Shown here: positions 49,879 through 58,936 of the stretch, one piece after another
Numbering within the stretch: the first letter of the stretch is position 1
Layout: each line of letters begins with the position of its first letter
Assembly: GCA_965116925.1 (NCBI GenBank)
Contig: OZ220744.1
Coordinates: forward strand, 1,376,001 to 1,440,000
DNA length: 64,000 bases
Direction of reading: 5' to 3'
Source: Candidatus Poribacteria bacterium
GTDB lineage: Bacteria; Poribacteria; WGA-4E; PCPOR2b
The notes under the pieces: generated by a model
What the model was told of the DNA's origin: nothing
Seen by the model: the letters and a program-made list of their open reading frames with translations, nothing else
Database searches by the model: none
Translations under genes and position numbers: made by a program

Positions 49879-50529
49879 ATGACGGAATTGATTGGTACCT
49901 GGGTGGCTGCACTGCTTACACTCTGCATCTTTAGTTTTCTGTATCGAGATAATCCGTTTTACCGATTTGCGGAACACCTGTTTGTGGGGATCTCGGTGGG
50001 CTACGGTATTGTACTTACAATCCACCAAGGTTTTATACCGTTCGCGTGGAAGCCCATTGCACAAGCTGTCACGCAGCAACAGTGGGTTGGCTTGTTGAGG
50101 CTTATTCCAATCGGTATTGGCGCGTTATTCTTTACACGTCTTGCCCCGACACACGGGTGGTTAATTCGGTATCCAATTGCTATTCTCATCGGGGTAGGAT
50201 CCGGTTTAGCAATTCCAAATGTAATGCGAGCTGACATCTTTCAGCAGGTGCATGGGACGTTGGCTCCATTTGCACAGATTCATGCAGGCGAGTTAGGTCC
50301 GTTTCAAATCTTTGGTGTCATTCTTATGCTTATCGGTGTGATGTCAACGTTGACCTACTTCTTCTTTTCGGTCGAGCATCGAGGGGTGGTTGGTGGCGTT
50401 TCAAAGATTGGCATCGTCTTTCTAATGATTGGATTCGGTTCAGCATTCGGTAACACGGTGATGGGTCGTGTATCTCTGCTCATTCAACGGGTGGACTTCC
50501 TACTAGCCGATTGGCTACATCTGATTTAG
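49879..50529 (+). CDS. Conserved hypothetical membrane protein (operon gene 4)
   Basis: About six TM helices; SFLYRDNPFYRFAEH and FG..FGNTVMGR motifs. Confidence 0.8.
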   Translation: MTELIGTWVAALLTLCIFSFLYRDNPFYRFAEHLFVGISVGYGIVLTIHQGFIPFAWKPIAQAVTQQQWVGLLRLIPIGIGALFFTRLAPTHGWLIRYPIAILIGVGSGLAIPNVMRADIFQQVHGTLAPFAQIHAGELGPFQIFGVILMLIGVMSTLTYFFFSVEHRGVVGGVSKIGIVFLMIGFGSAFGNTVMGRVSLLIQRVDFLLADWLHLI

Positions 50530-50569
50530 CCTCTGATAGACACAGCGTATGGCATAATGGGAGAAAATC

Positions 50570-51598
50570 ATGGGCCTCAGAGCAGGTATTGTCGGACTCC
50601 AGAGCGTTTATTGGCCCAATGCTTTCGCAAACTGTTTGAGTGCTATCTCCCCCGTCGAACTTGTGTCATGTGCCGATCTAGACTACGACCCGGATCTGAT
50701 ATCTATCTCCCTCGGCAAAACACCGGCAGAATATGCCGCAGCGTACGGTCTCCGATTGTATCATGACCCGGTAGAAATGATTCAACAGGAGGATTTGGAT
50801 GCGGTTTGCATCTGTGCGAAGAACACCGAAGCGGTCAGTCTTGTCGAACAGGTTGCCCCTTTGGGTGTGGATATCTACATCGCCAAACCGATGGCGACAA
50901 CCCTTGAAACGGCAGAACGCATTGTAAAGGCGGTGCGTGAGCACGGAGTGATTGCCACCTCCGGCACAACGGAACGCTTCGACGGTGGTATCCGCGAGGC
51001 ATACCAGCATTTCAAGAGCGGAGCGATTGGGGAACTGATTTCGGTTCGGGCGTTGCACCAACACGGGAATATTAACAGTTTTCCAAAGGATGATTGGTAT
51101 TGGGAGGAAGCACAAGGGGGACCCGAACTGTCTCTGATTTGGTACGCTGCCGATGTGGTGAGATGGTTTGCCGGTTCAGAGGTGACAAGGGTTTACGCCG
51201 AATACGATAACTACCTTTCAGATCGCTCGCCTTTTATGGACAATGGCAAGATTATCCTACGATTTGAGAATCGGGTCATGGGGTCGATTGACATCTATTT
51301 TTCCGTTGACGGTTTTCGGCTGCCCGCTTATGAGGTTGAGTTAGTCGGCACAGCAGGTGCGATTCGGACGCAGCAAAGCGTGTATGAAGGAACGCTTTTC
51401 ACAAAAGAGGGAATCAGTAATTTTTACCGAATCCAAAATAACAACTTGCTCGACGAAATGACCCATTGGGTGGAATGTTGCCAGAACAAAACAGATCCGG
51501 ATTTGACCATCGAGGATGCACAGCATGTGATTGAGTTATGTCTCGCCTGTCGCCAGTCTGCACAGACGCATACGCCGGTTACTCTCCCTTTTGATTAA
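50570..51598 (+). CDS. Gfo/Idh/MocA-family oxidoreductase
   Basis: Rossmann N-terminus, IAKPMA (variant of EKP) and ELVGTAG. Confidence 0.85.
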   Translation: MGLRAGIVGLQSVYWPNAFANCLSAISPVELVSCADLDYDPDLISISLGKTPAEYAAAYGLRLYHDPVEMIQQEDLDAVCICAKNTEAVSLVEQVAPLGVDIYIAKPMATTLETAERIVKAVREHGVIATSGTTERFDGGIREAYQHFKSGAIGELISVRALHQHGNINSFPKDDWYWEEAQGGPELSLIWYAADVVRWFAGSEVTRVYAEYDNYLSDRSPFMDNGKIILRFENRVMGSIDIYFSVDGFRLPAYEVELVGTAGAIRTQQSVYEGTLFTKEGISNFYRIQNNNLLDEMTHWVECCQNKTDPDLTIEDAQHVIELCLACRQSAQTHTPVTLPFD

Positions 51599-51611
51599 CG
51601 GAGAATCAATT

Positions 51612-52439
51612 ATGAGCCCGATATTTCGCATTGACACACCTTCGCAAGAAAATCTCGAAGATTTTCATAGGGACGGCTACGTTGCGATACCTGAAGTTTT
51701 TGCGGAGGAAGCACTCTCGAAGTTGACGGCGGAGGTCCTCAATATGGAGGGTGCCCGTGAATATCTCCGCGCCTTAGACGAAGAGCAGGGTAGACCGAGC
51801 GATCCAACTGTATACTTTGTTAGGCCGTGGAACGACAGAGGTCCGTGGGCTGACCGCCTTATTGATGCACCGCTTGTTACGGCGTTGCTCCAAGCCACCA
51901 TTGGTCCCGATTATCACTTCTGCCATTCGGCACTGAATATCGCCCCTCGCGGCGCAGGACGACTCGGCTTTCATCAAGACCACCACCATTGGCGGCATGC
52001 GAACCCCGTCAATCTTGCTGAGAGGGACAAATGGTACATCCAGATACTTTACTACCCCAACGGGTTCACACGCGGAGACAGGAGTCTTTCGGTTATTCCG
52101 GGGAGTCACCGGGTTCCGCCAACGGAAGATGTTACGCCGGAAAGGCTGCTTGCGGGAGAATTTGACGATGTTGCCGGTCGTAAACTTGCGGCGAGACATC
52201 TAGAACTGCCGCCGGGAAGCATGGTTTATCTCAACGCCAGAATGTTTCACGGGGTTGAACCGAAGCCACTGGACTCACCGCAGCCGTTTAGACTTTTCCT
52301 TATTGATATCTTCAAAGAGGTAGGACCACCACACCGCTACACACAGGAAATCCCACCCGAATGGATTGAACGTGCAGGACCCGCACGGAAAAAGATGTTC
52401 TTGCGCGAAGCGTACACGCCGGAGTGTTGGATTAGCTGA
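51612..52439 (+). CDS. PhyH-family dioxygenase
   Basis: FHRDGY, FHQD, IPGSH and MFHG motifs. Confidence 0.88.
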   Translation: MSPIFRIDTPSQENLEDFHRDGYVAIPEVFAEEALSKLTAEVLNMEGAREYLRALDEEQGRPSDPTVYFVRPWNDRGPWADRLIDAPLVTALLQATIGPDYHFCHSALNIAPRGAGRLGFHQDHHHWRHANPVNLAERDKWYIQILYYPNGFTRGDRSLSVIPGSHRVPPTEDVTPERLLAGEFDDVAGRKLAARHLELPPGSMVYLNARMFHGVEPKPLDSPQPFRLFLIDIFKEVGPPHRYTQEIPPEWIERAGPARKKMFLREAYTPECWIS

Positions 52440-52460
52440 TTTTGAGGGCAAGGGTAGGTG

Positions 52461-53348
52461 TTACATTTCTGCTACCGTGAAGAAATCAATGGCTTCTAAC
52501 TCCGCTTTTAACTCCTCTCGTTTCTCCGCGGCGAAGGGAAGTTGAGGTAGGCGCGGCTTCCCACAATCGAAACCCAACATTCGCATCACCTCTTTGAGCG
52601 CGCCAAAGAAACCGAAAGAAAACAGCACACGGGTCACTTGATTGGCGCGGACTTGTAAATGGTGTCCCCGAGCGATGTTTCCTTGTTTGTAACTGTTGTG
52701 CATCTCACGATAGATACCGGGGATGTAGTTGAGCGTCGAACCGATATTACCGCACGCGCCCTGCATCGCGGCGTAAATACACTGCTCATCCATACCCGAA
52801 AAGATGCTCCAGTTATCACCGCGTAACTCCACAATTTCTCTAAACTCATACATATTGGGGCCCGTGTACTTCGCGCCGGCAACGGTAGGGATGTCCATCA
52901 ACTGTCGCATCAACGCCACGGCATCTGTGGGACCACCGAATATATAAGTTAGCAGCGGTATATTAGGAGCAGCAGCACCAACCCGCGCAAAGTACGCATA
53001 CAAACTCTCACTGTTCTGAAACATCGGTGGGATAACACTACTTATCCCTGCAGCTCCTACCTCTTGGGCATGTTCCGCCAATTGGACCGCATCGCCGACA
53101 ATCATGCTACCAATATGTACAATGGTAGGCACACGCCCATTCACTTGGTCAACGACGGTTTCAGTGACCAATTTTCGCTCTGCTGGCACCATGAACATCC
53201 CTTCTCCGGTGCCCCCGCAGACGTAAAATCCTCCAACCCCTTTATCGAGCAAATACTCTACTAGCTCCCGTAACACCCGTACATTCACCTTATCTTCGGC
53301 AGTGAAGGGTGTCACCAAAGCGGGCCATGCACCATTAAAACTGGACAT
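52461..53348 (-). CDS. DHDPS / N-acetylneuraminate lyase family protein
   Basis: ALVTPF, GFYVCGGTGE and Schiff-base Lys in AKYT. Confidence 0.88.
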   Translation of the reverse strand: MSSFNGAWPALVTPFTAEDKVNVRVLRELVEYLLDKGVGGFYVCGGTGEGMFMVPAERKLVTETVVDQVNGRVPTIVHIGSMIVGDAVQLAEHAQEVGAAGISSVIPPMFQNSESLYAYFARVGAAAPNIPLLTYIFGGPTDAVALMRQLMDIPTVAGAKYTGPNMYEFREIVELRGDNWSIFSGMDEQCIYAAMQGACGNIGSTLNYIPGIYREMHNSYKQGNIARGHHLQVRANQVTRVLFSFGFFGALKEVMRMLGFDCGKPRLPQLPFAAEKREELKAELEAIDFFTVAEM

Positions 53349-53411
53349 AAATTCCCTCCGTTTTTGACTATGATTTATATGAGAAATTCCCCCGTGACAC
53401 CGGAATTGCGG

Positions 53412-54302
53412 TTAATCTGTCCGGTGCATCGTTACCCCTCTGGGATGCTCAAGGGCATCAATCCAAAGCCGGCACCATTCATCATAATCACGCAAAACAC
53501 TCGCAGGATTGCTTGGAGAGCGCACGATGAATTCTGGGTAAGCTGTTCTGCCTGTGTGATGCCCCGTGGTCTGGTAGCGCAGATCTAGGGACCACCGGCA
53601 TTTGTCCGAGACGTTGGGCACTGAGCGGTGTGGGGTGAATTTATTCAATAGGACCACATCGCCTTTGTAACAGACGAGATCCATAGGTTTGACCGACGGC
53701 AGTACCTCAGGTCGGATCGTAACGGTCGCTGCTTCTTCTTTGAAGTGACTGAGGTAGCCAAGATCAAACACGCCGGGAAGTGCCTGCATACATCCCCTGT
53801 CAATCGTTGCATCTCCCAGAGGCAGCCAGCAGGTTACGATGTTTGACACTTCAGCTTCGGGCATCATTACACCGGCGTCTTGGTGCCAAGGGACGACATG
53901 GAATGAGGGTCCAGTGTGTCCATCGTATGCTGTCGGCGGTTTAGTCCGCGCATGTTGAATAGGATTACAGGTGATTTCTGGTCCGACAAGTGATTCTACT
54001 GTATCAAGCAGATGCTCATTGTGCAGAAACTGAAACATCGCCTGACCACGAGATGTACTGATGTCGAGTCCATCACCAACCTCTTTGCACTGCTTATACA
54101 GGAGCCCAAAACGTCTGTCGAAGGGAGCATCAGGATAAAGTTTCTCAATTTTCCCCGCAGTGTGTAATTCACATGCCCGTCTATCGACCCAAGCCACAAG
54201 TTCATCAATTACAGGATCTAACTCGGATTCAGGTACGGCATTCTTGACAATTAACACTCCATTCTTCGTAAATTCCTCAATTTGGTCGTCTGTCAATTTC
54301 AT
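53412..54302 (-). CDS. PhyH-family dioxygenase
   Basis: MKLTDDQIEEF, PWHQD, TPH.S and RWSLDLRY motifs. Confidence 0.9.
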   Translation of the reverse strand: MKLTDDQIEEFTKNGVLIVKNAVPESELDPVIDELVAWVDRRACELHTAGKIEKLYPDAPFDRRFGLLYKQCKEVGDGLDISTSRGQAMFQFLHNEHLLDTVESLVGPEITCNPIQHARTKPPTAYDGHTGPSFHVVPWHQDAGVMMPEAEVSNIVTCWLPLGDATIDRGCMQALPGVFDLGYLSHFKEEAATVTIRPEVLPSVKPMDLVCYKGDVVLLNKFTPHRSVPNVSDKCRWSLDLRYQTTGHHTGRTAYPEFIVRSPSNPASVLRDYDEWCRLWIDALEHPRGVTMHRTD

Positions 54303-54425
54303 CTGATTGCACCTAAATCCTCTATTATAGTAGATTTTAGAATTAATAGGACACGCCAAACCGGTGCGGTTATATGAAGTTTAAGTATTTAAATCGGTAA
54401 TCCCGAATATGGTAGGCGCGGTTTG

Positions 54426-55666
54426 ATGAAGATTAATTTATTAATTCGGTAATAATCCGACATAGTGTAGTAGTTGCTGTGACCCGTCTTTAAACTGCTG
54501 CATGAAGGCAAGCACTTTGTCTTGAAGTGCCTGCCAGTCATTACTGAGCCGATGGAGATGTATAACCGACTGACGCACCCAGCGCCACAACTTCTCAATT
54601 GGGTTTGTCCACGCGGCATAGGTCGGCAGTTGCAATATCTCAATAGGGAGTTTGGCGAGTTTGCCGATTTTGTTTGACGGTTTGCCTGTCCAGTTAGGCG
54701 GTGTGGGTTTGGCAAACGTCGTTGTCTGTTGCAGGAGTGCTGCGGTAAGGTTCGGATGAAAGTGTATCGCCCGATTATCCTGAACCAGATAGATACGTTC
54801 GGCTTTTGGGTAGTGTTGGCAAATCTGTGTGTAAAAGGTATGCAGTGCGACCACTGTGCAGGTTTCGACCTGCTGGTAAATGACCTCCCCTGTGTGTGGA
54901 TTGAGCGCACCGATGCCATAACAGGTTTCTTCGGAGCAGTGACTGCGCCGTGCCAAGGGATGCTTCGTGCCGGTCTCTGCCCAGTCTTTTGCGAGGGTCG
55001 GTTGTCGTTTGAAGCTAAACTCATCTTGGTAAAGCACAACGCAAGTTTCCAGCGTGTCACGTGCAGTTTCTAAAGCGTGCTGGACGCAAGAAAGTTTTTC
55101 AGTATAATCGGCATCCGGACTCCGCACATAGTCTCTGGCACGCTTATAGCTGATCCCCACCCGTGAGAGGATTTGGTGAATGCCCGGCACAGAGATGTCC
55201 CGCAACCAGGGTACGACCTGACCGAGTGTGTGCAGCGTCCAGCGGGTTTGATACGGAGGGATTTGCCCCGGATCTTGACCGATAGCTTGTAAGAGTTCTG
55301 ATTTGGCAACTTCAGCCGACTTGGGGAAAAAAGCGGGTTTTCGACCTCGACCGGGATTATGAAACAGCCCACGCAGACCTTGTGCGCGATAGCGACGCAA
55401 CCACGCATAGACGGTGTCAGGGTCACGTTTTTTTAGCAAGCCCTTACGTGCAACTTCATGCGGAGAAACGCCTTGATGTATTTTCAACAGTGCCGTTGCT
55501 CGTTCTCGGAGATAAGCCGGTTCGCCTTTATCTCGGAGTTCAACCAGGGCTTGGATTTCGGATTCACTCAACTCAAGTGTATGATGTTTTGCCATCAGAG
55601 AATACCTCCTTTGGCACTACGATAACACAAATAACAATATTACCGAATTATTTTTTTAATCTTCAT
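54426..55666 (-). mobile_element. IS630-family insertion sequence, 1241 bp
   Basis: 29-bp TIRs ATGAAGATTAA-N5-TAATTCGGTAATA (25/29 match) enclosing the transposase. Confidence 0.9.
54441..55595 (-). CDS. IS630-family DDE transposase
   Basis: HTH region, then YQDE, QDN..IH and LPTYA.W.NPIE.LW. Confidence 0.95.
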   Translation of the reverse strand: MAKHHTLELSESEIQALVELRDKGEPAYLRERATALLKIHQGVSPHEVARKGLLKKRDPDTVYAWLRRYRAQGLRGLFHNPGRGRKPAFFPKSAEVAKSELLQAIGQDPGQIPPYQTRWTLHTLGQVVPWLRDISVPGIHQILSRVGISYKRARDYVRSPDADYTEKLSCVQHALETARDTLETCVVLYQDEFSFKRQPTLAKDWAETGTKHPLARRSHCSEETCYGIGALNPHTGEVIYQQVETCTVVALHTFYTQICQHYPKAERIYLVQDNRAIHFHPNLTAALLQQTTTFAKPTPPNWTGKPSNKIGKLAKLPIEILQLPTYAAWTNPIEKLWRWVRQSVIHLHRLSNDWQALQDKVLAFMQQFKDGSQQLLHYVGLLPN

Positions 55667-56008
55667 TCAACCGCGCCGGCGTCGCTAGCAAATTACCGAA
55701 CTGTTTTTTTTATCTTCATAAAACCGCACCTACCGGGGGGCGCAAGTGTTTCTTTATTTTTTGAATTCACTTAGGAGTTACGCAGTTCAGTTTGTAGTAG
55801 CGCAATTCATTGCGCGTCCCGACAGGCTTGCCCGACTATAAACCGAAAATCTGACTGTAGGGGCAACCCTTGTGGTTGCCCGCTTTGAACGTTCAAGTGC
55901 GTAAGTCCTATTCACTATAATATGAACCACAATTGCGAGAGACGTACATCAAATCAAAGCACAAGCAGCAGGATATCGAAGTGTTTTTTTGTGTCGTTGA
56001 CTTCACGC

Positions 56009-58828
56009 TTAAAATGCCTGACCGAGCTGGAGGTAAAAGATGGGTTTAAATTCTCTCATTAACGGCACTCCCATGTCAATACGGGCAGGTCCGAGCGGGG
56101 TCTCTAAGCGCACACCCGAGCCTATTGCTATACGCGGAAGGTCTCTCTGGATATCCGAAAATTTATCCCATACATTGCCTGTATCCAAAAACAGGGCACC
56201 ACCGATGAACCTATAGATTGGAAAACGGAGTTCCGTGTTCAAAATGAATAACACATCGCCACGATGATTGCCGAATTGATCTTGCGGTCCAAGGCTCCGC
56301 TCCGGGTATCCCCTAACCGTATTTGATCCGCCGGCATAGAAACGCTCGAAGGAGATGATCTCCCGGTCCCGGTTTCCTCTTAGTCCTTTTTCATACCCAA
56401 GGCGAATCGCGCTGGCAAGGACAGCATCTCTCCAAAACTGCCAATAGTAGCGATGATCAGTTGTAAATTTGAAGAAACTGGTTTCCCCTCTGAGAAATCC
56501 ACCCGCATACTCAATCGCAACTTCATTGAACCAACCGTTTTTCGGATTCAGGAAATGATCTCGGCTGTCTCGATGAAACTCAACACCGAGACTGCTCACT
56601 GTGGTCTGAATTTTAGGTGGGTCGTCATGGTCACGTAGGTCTTGAGATTTGTACTGTAATGCAAGATTGCTGTATTGCCCCAACCGTTTGGCAAGGTTCG
56701 CCGTTCCACCACGCGCCCGTATATCTTCATATTCCTCAAGATTATCGTTGAATAGGCGAAAAGTTCCTATTGTCGGTCCGATGAGTTTATCGAGGGGCGT
56801 AAGGTTGAACCACGGTTCAATCAACGTTATTTCATACAAATTGCCTCTTGTGCCTCGACTCACCTTGCCACTGATTTTCATGTTACGTTTGAACAGGTTG
56901 TTGTGTGCAAGTCCCAATGTTCCGCGAATACCCTCAGAGGAGATATATCCCCCGCTGACGCTGATTGCCCCTGGTTTTTTTACCTTAACACCTACATTAA
57001 CATTAATAATTTCCGTATTTTCAACATATTGATCAGATGGCTCAATTTCAACTTCTTGGAAAAGACCTGCGGTCAATAAACGTCGTCGAGATTCCGTTAA
57101 TAATCGTTCTTCGTTAAATGCCGCTCCTTCAACTAAGCCGAGGTTCTCAAATGTTCGCTGCAAAACATGCAGTTTAATTTGCCCATCCCCATCGAAATAG
57201 AATTTGCCAAATTTGGCTTGAATCCCTTCAGAAATCCTATAGGTAAGTGTGCGCGTCTCCGGCTGATAGTCGTGACTGATATGTGCATAAATATATCCTT
57301 TCTCATTGTAAAGGGATTCGAGCTGCCGCTCGCCATAATTCGCAATCTCTAGGCTGTAAGGCGTTCCGGGTTTTGCGTCAAGTTTTGCATATAATTCAGC
57401 TATCTCAAAGATTGTGACCCCTTCTATTGAAACACGATCTATGATTTTCTGTTCTCCTTCGTAGATTTTTATATCTAAAATGAGCCGGTCATCCTTATCG
57501 ATCTTAGGGGCATTACTCGTAACCCGAACATCTGGATAACCTTTGCTTTTATATTCGAGTTCCAATGCACGTTTGTCCATTTCAAGTGTTGTCGGGTTAT
57601 AGATACCTTTGGACAACAACCATCCAAATCCCGGGACTACAAACCTACTGCGAGGTTGGGTTTCCATCAGATCTAGCAAGAAGGCATCTGTAAATGCGGT
57701 GTTCCCCTCGAAATTGATATGCCGAATTCGTGGGGCTTGCCCCAGCTGAATCTCGAAATAGATAGCCACTTCTTGACCCGATTTTTCCTCCCTCCTATGA
57801 CTTACTTTCGGGTCGTAATACCCTTTCTCTCGATAGATTTGAAGAATTTGTTGTTCTGTACTTTTAAGAATTGTCTCCGAAAAGTTCTCCCGTTTGAATA
57901 GAGTTAGCTTTTGCTGGAGTTCCGATTCATCGATACCATCACCAACAAATTTGATTTCGATCTTTTTTCCTTCAATAATTTCGTAGTTCAGGATAACTGT
58001 ACTAGCTGCGTCATCGTAGTTACGGCGAGGTATGACTTTTACAGTAAGATACTCATTTTTCCGGTATAATTCTCGAATACGGTTGGCATCGGCATCAACA
58101 GATTGTTTTTGATAGGTTTTACCTCTTTCACCTTTAATGGTTTCTTCTAACTTTTCAACATCAATTGATTTGACGCCTTCAAATCGGATGTCCTGAATAA
58201 GTGCTCGGTTCCCCTCATCAATATTATATAACAAATCAATCTGACGCGAGGAGTTGGGATTAGGAATAGGGGTTAGACGAATTTCTGTCTGAAAATATCC
58301 GTAATCTTTGTATAAATCGAGAACTTTACGCCGGTCATCTTCTGCAATCTCAAAGGAATATTCCTTTTTTGGACGAGAGACTACCACGTCAAGCAGCAGA
58401 CTTTCACTTAGACTGTTCCCCTTAAACTCGATTTTTCCGATTCGTATCTTGCCGGTAAGATCGAACCTCAATCGCACCCCGTTTGGACCAAGCATTTCGA
58501 TTGCTGTAATCTGAGAAAAGAGACCAATTGTATATATCCCTTCGATGCTTTTTCGGATCTGATAAGGCGAAGCAATACTTCCAATCTGTACCCGTGTCTT
58601 ACGCTTCACCTCCGCATACATTGAACCTGAACTGAGGGGTTCACCATCCAATCTGTAATGGATTTCAATAACGGGAGGACTCTCAGACTGGCTCCAAGCC
58701 AAATTGAGGGAAACAGCAGAGGAGATAAGCATCACGGGAAGCAATAACGGAAAAAGGTAGGACATGAAAGAAGGATTAAAGGGGAGTTGCGTCGTTTTAT
58801 GAATTTGCAGATTTGCCCATTTACCCAT
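56009..58828 (-). CDS. Omp85-family (BamA/TamA) outer-membrane protein with multiple POTRA domains
   Basis: Repeated I.F.GN / Y...GY POTRA units, ERFYAGGSNTVRGY and C-terminal LGQAF; start position uncertain. Confidence 0.92.
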   Translation of the reverse strand: MGKWANLQIHKTTQLPFNPSFMSYLFPLLLPVMLISSAVSLNLAWSQSESPPVIEIHYRLDGEPLSSGSMYAEVKRKTRVQIGSIASPYQIRKSIEGIYTIGLFSQITAIEMLGPNGVRLRFDLTGKIRIGKIEFKGNSLSESLLLDVVVSRPKKEYSFEIAEDDRRKVLDLYKDYGYFQTEIRLTPIPNPNSSRQIDLLYNIDEGNRALIQDIRFEGVKSIDVEKLEETIKGERGKTYQKQSVDADANRIRELYRKNEYLTVKVIPRRNYDDAASTVILNYEIIEGKKIEIKFVGDGIDESELQQKLTLFKRENFSETILKSTEQQILQIYREKGYYDPKVSHRREEKSGQEVAIYFEIQLGQAPRIRHINFEGNTAFTDAFLLDLMETQPRSRFVVPGFGWLLSKGIYNPTTLEMDKRALELEYKSKGYPDVRVTSNAPKIDKDDRLILDIKIYEGEQKIIDRVSIEGVTIFEIAELYAKLDAKPGTPYSLEIANYGERQLESLYNEKGYIYAHISHDYQPETRTLTYRISEGIQAKFGKFYFDGDGQIKLHVLQRTFENLGLVEGAAFNEERLLTESRRRLLTAGLFQEVEIEPSDQYVENTEIINVNVGVKVKKPGAISVSGGYISSEGIRGTLGLAHNNLFKRNMKISGKVSRGTRGNLYEITLIEPWFNLTPLDKLIGPTIGTFRLFNDNLEEYEDIRARGGTANLAKRLGQYSNLALQYKSQDLRDHDDPPKIQTTVSSLGVEFHRDSRDHFLNPKNGWFNEVAIEYAGGFLRGETSFFKFTTDHRYYWQFWRDAVLASAIRLGYEKGLRGNRDREIISFERFYAGGSNTVRGYPERSLGPQDQFGNHRGDVLFILNTELRFPIYRFIGGALFLDTGNVWDKFSDIQRDLPRIAIGSGVRLETPLGPARIDMGVPLMREFKPIFYLQLGQAF

Positions 58829-58936
58829 GCGTATATTCTCACCTCCTTTCTTTCCTTGCAACTCAGTTGGCAGGGTAGGAGTTACACCATTGCACATCTT
58901 AACTCAAGGGTCCCAGGGGACAGATTCCTTTATTTT

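Larger units (their letters stand above)
54326..55919. mobile_element. Nested composite: MITE A > MITE B (54374-55719) > IS630 (54426-55666), plus MITE C (55772-55910) in the A end
   Basis: All termini are readable; 6-bp TTCACT duplication around MITE C. Confidence 0.85.

Noticed and set aside
54389..55060. 223-aa alternative-frame ORF in the IS630
   Set aside because: Overlaps an intact single-ORF transposase and has no motifs.
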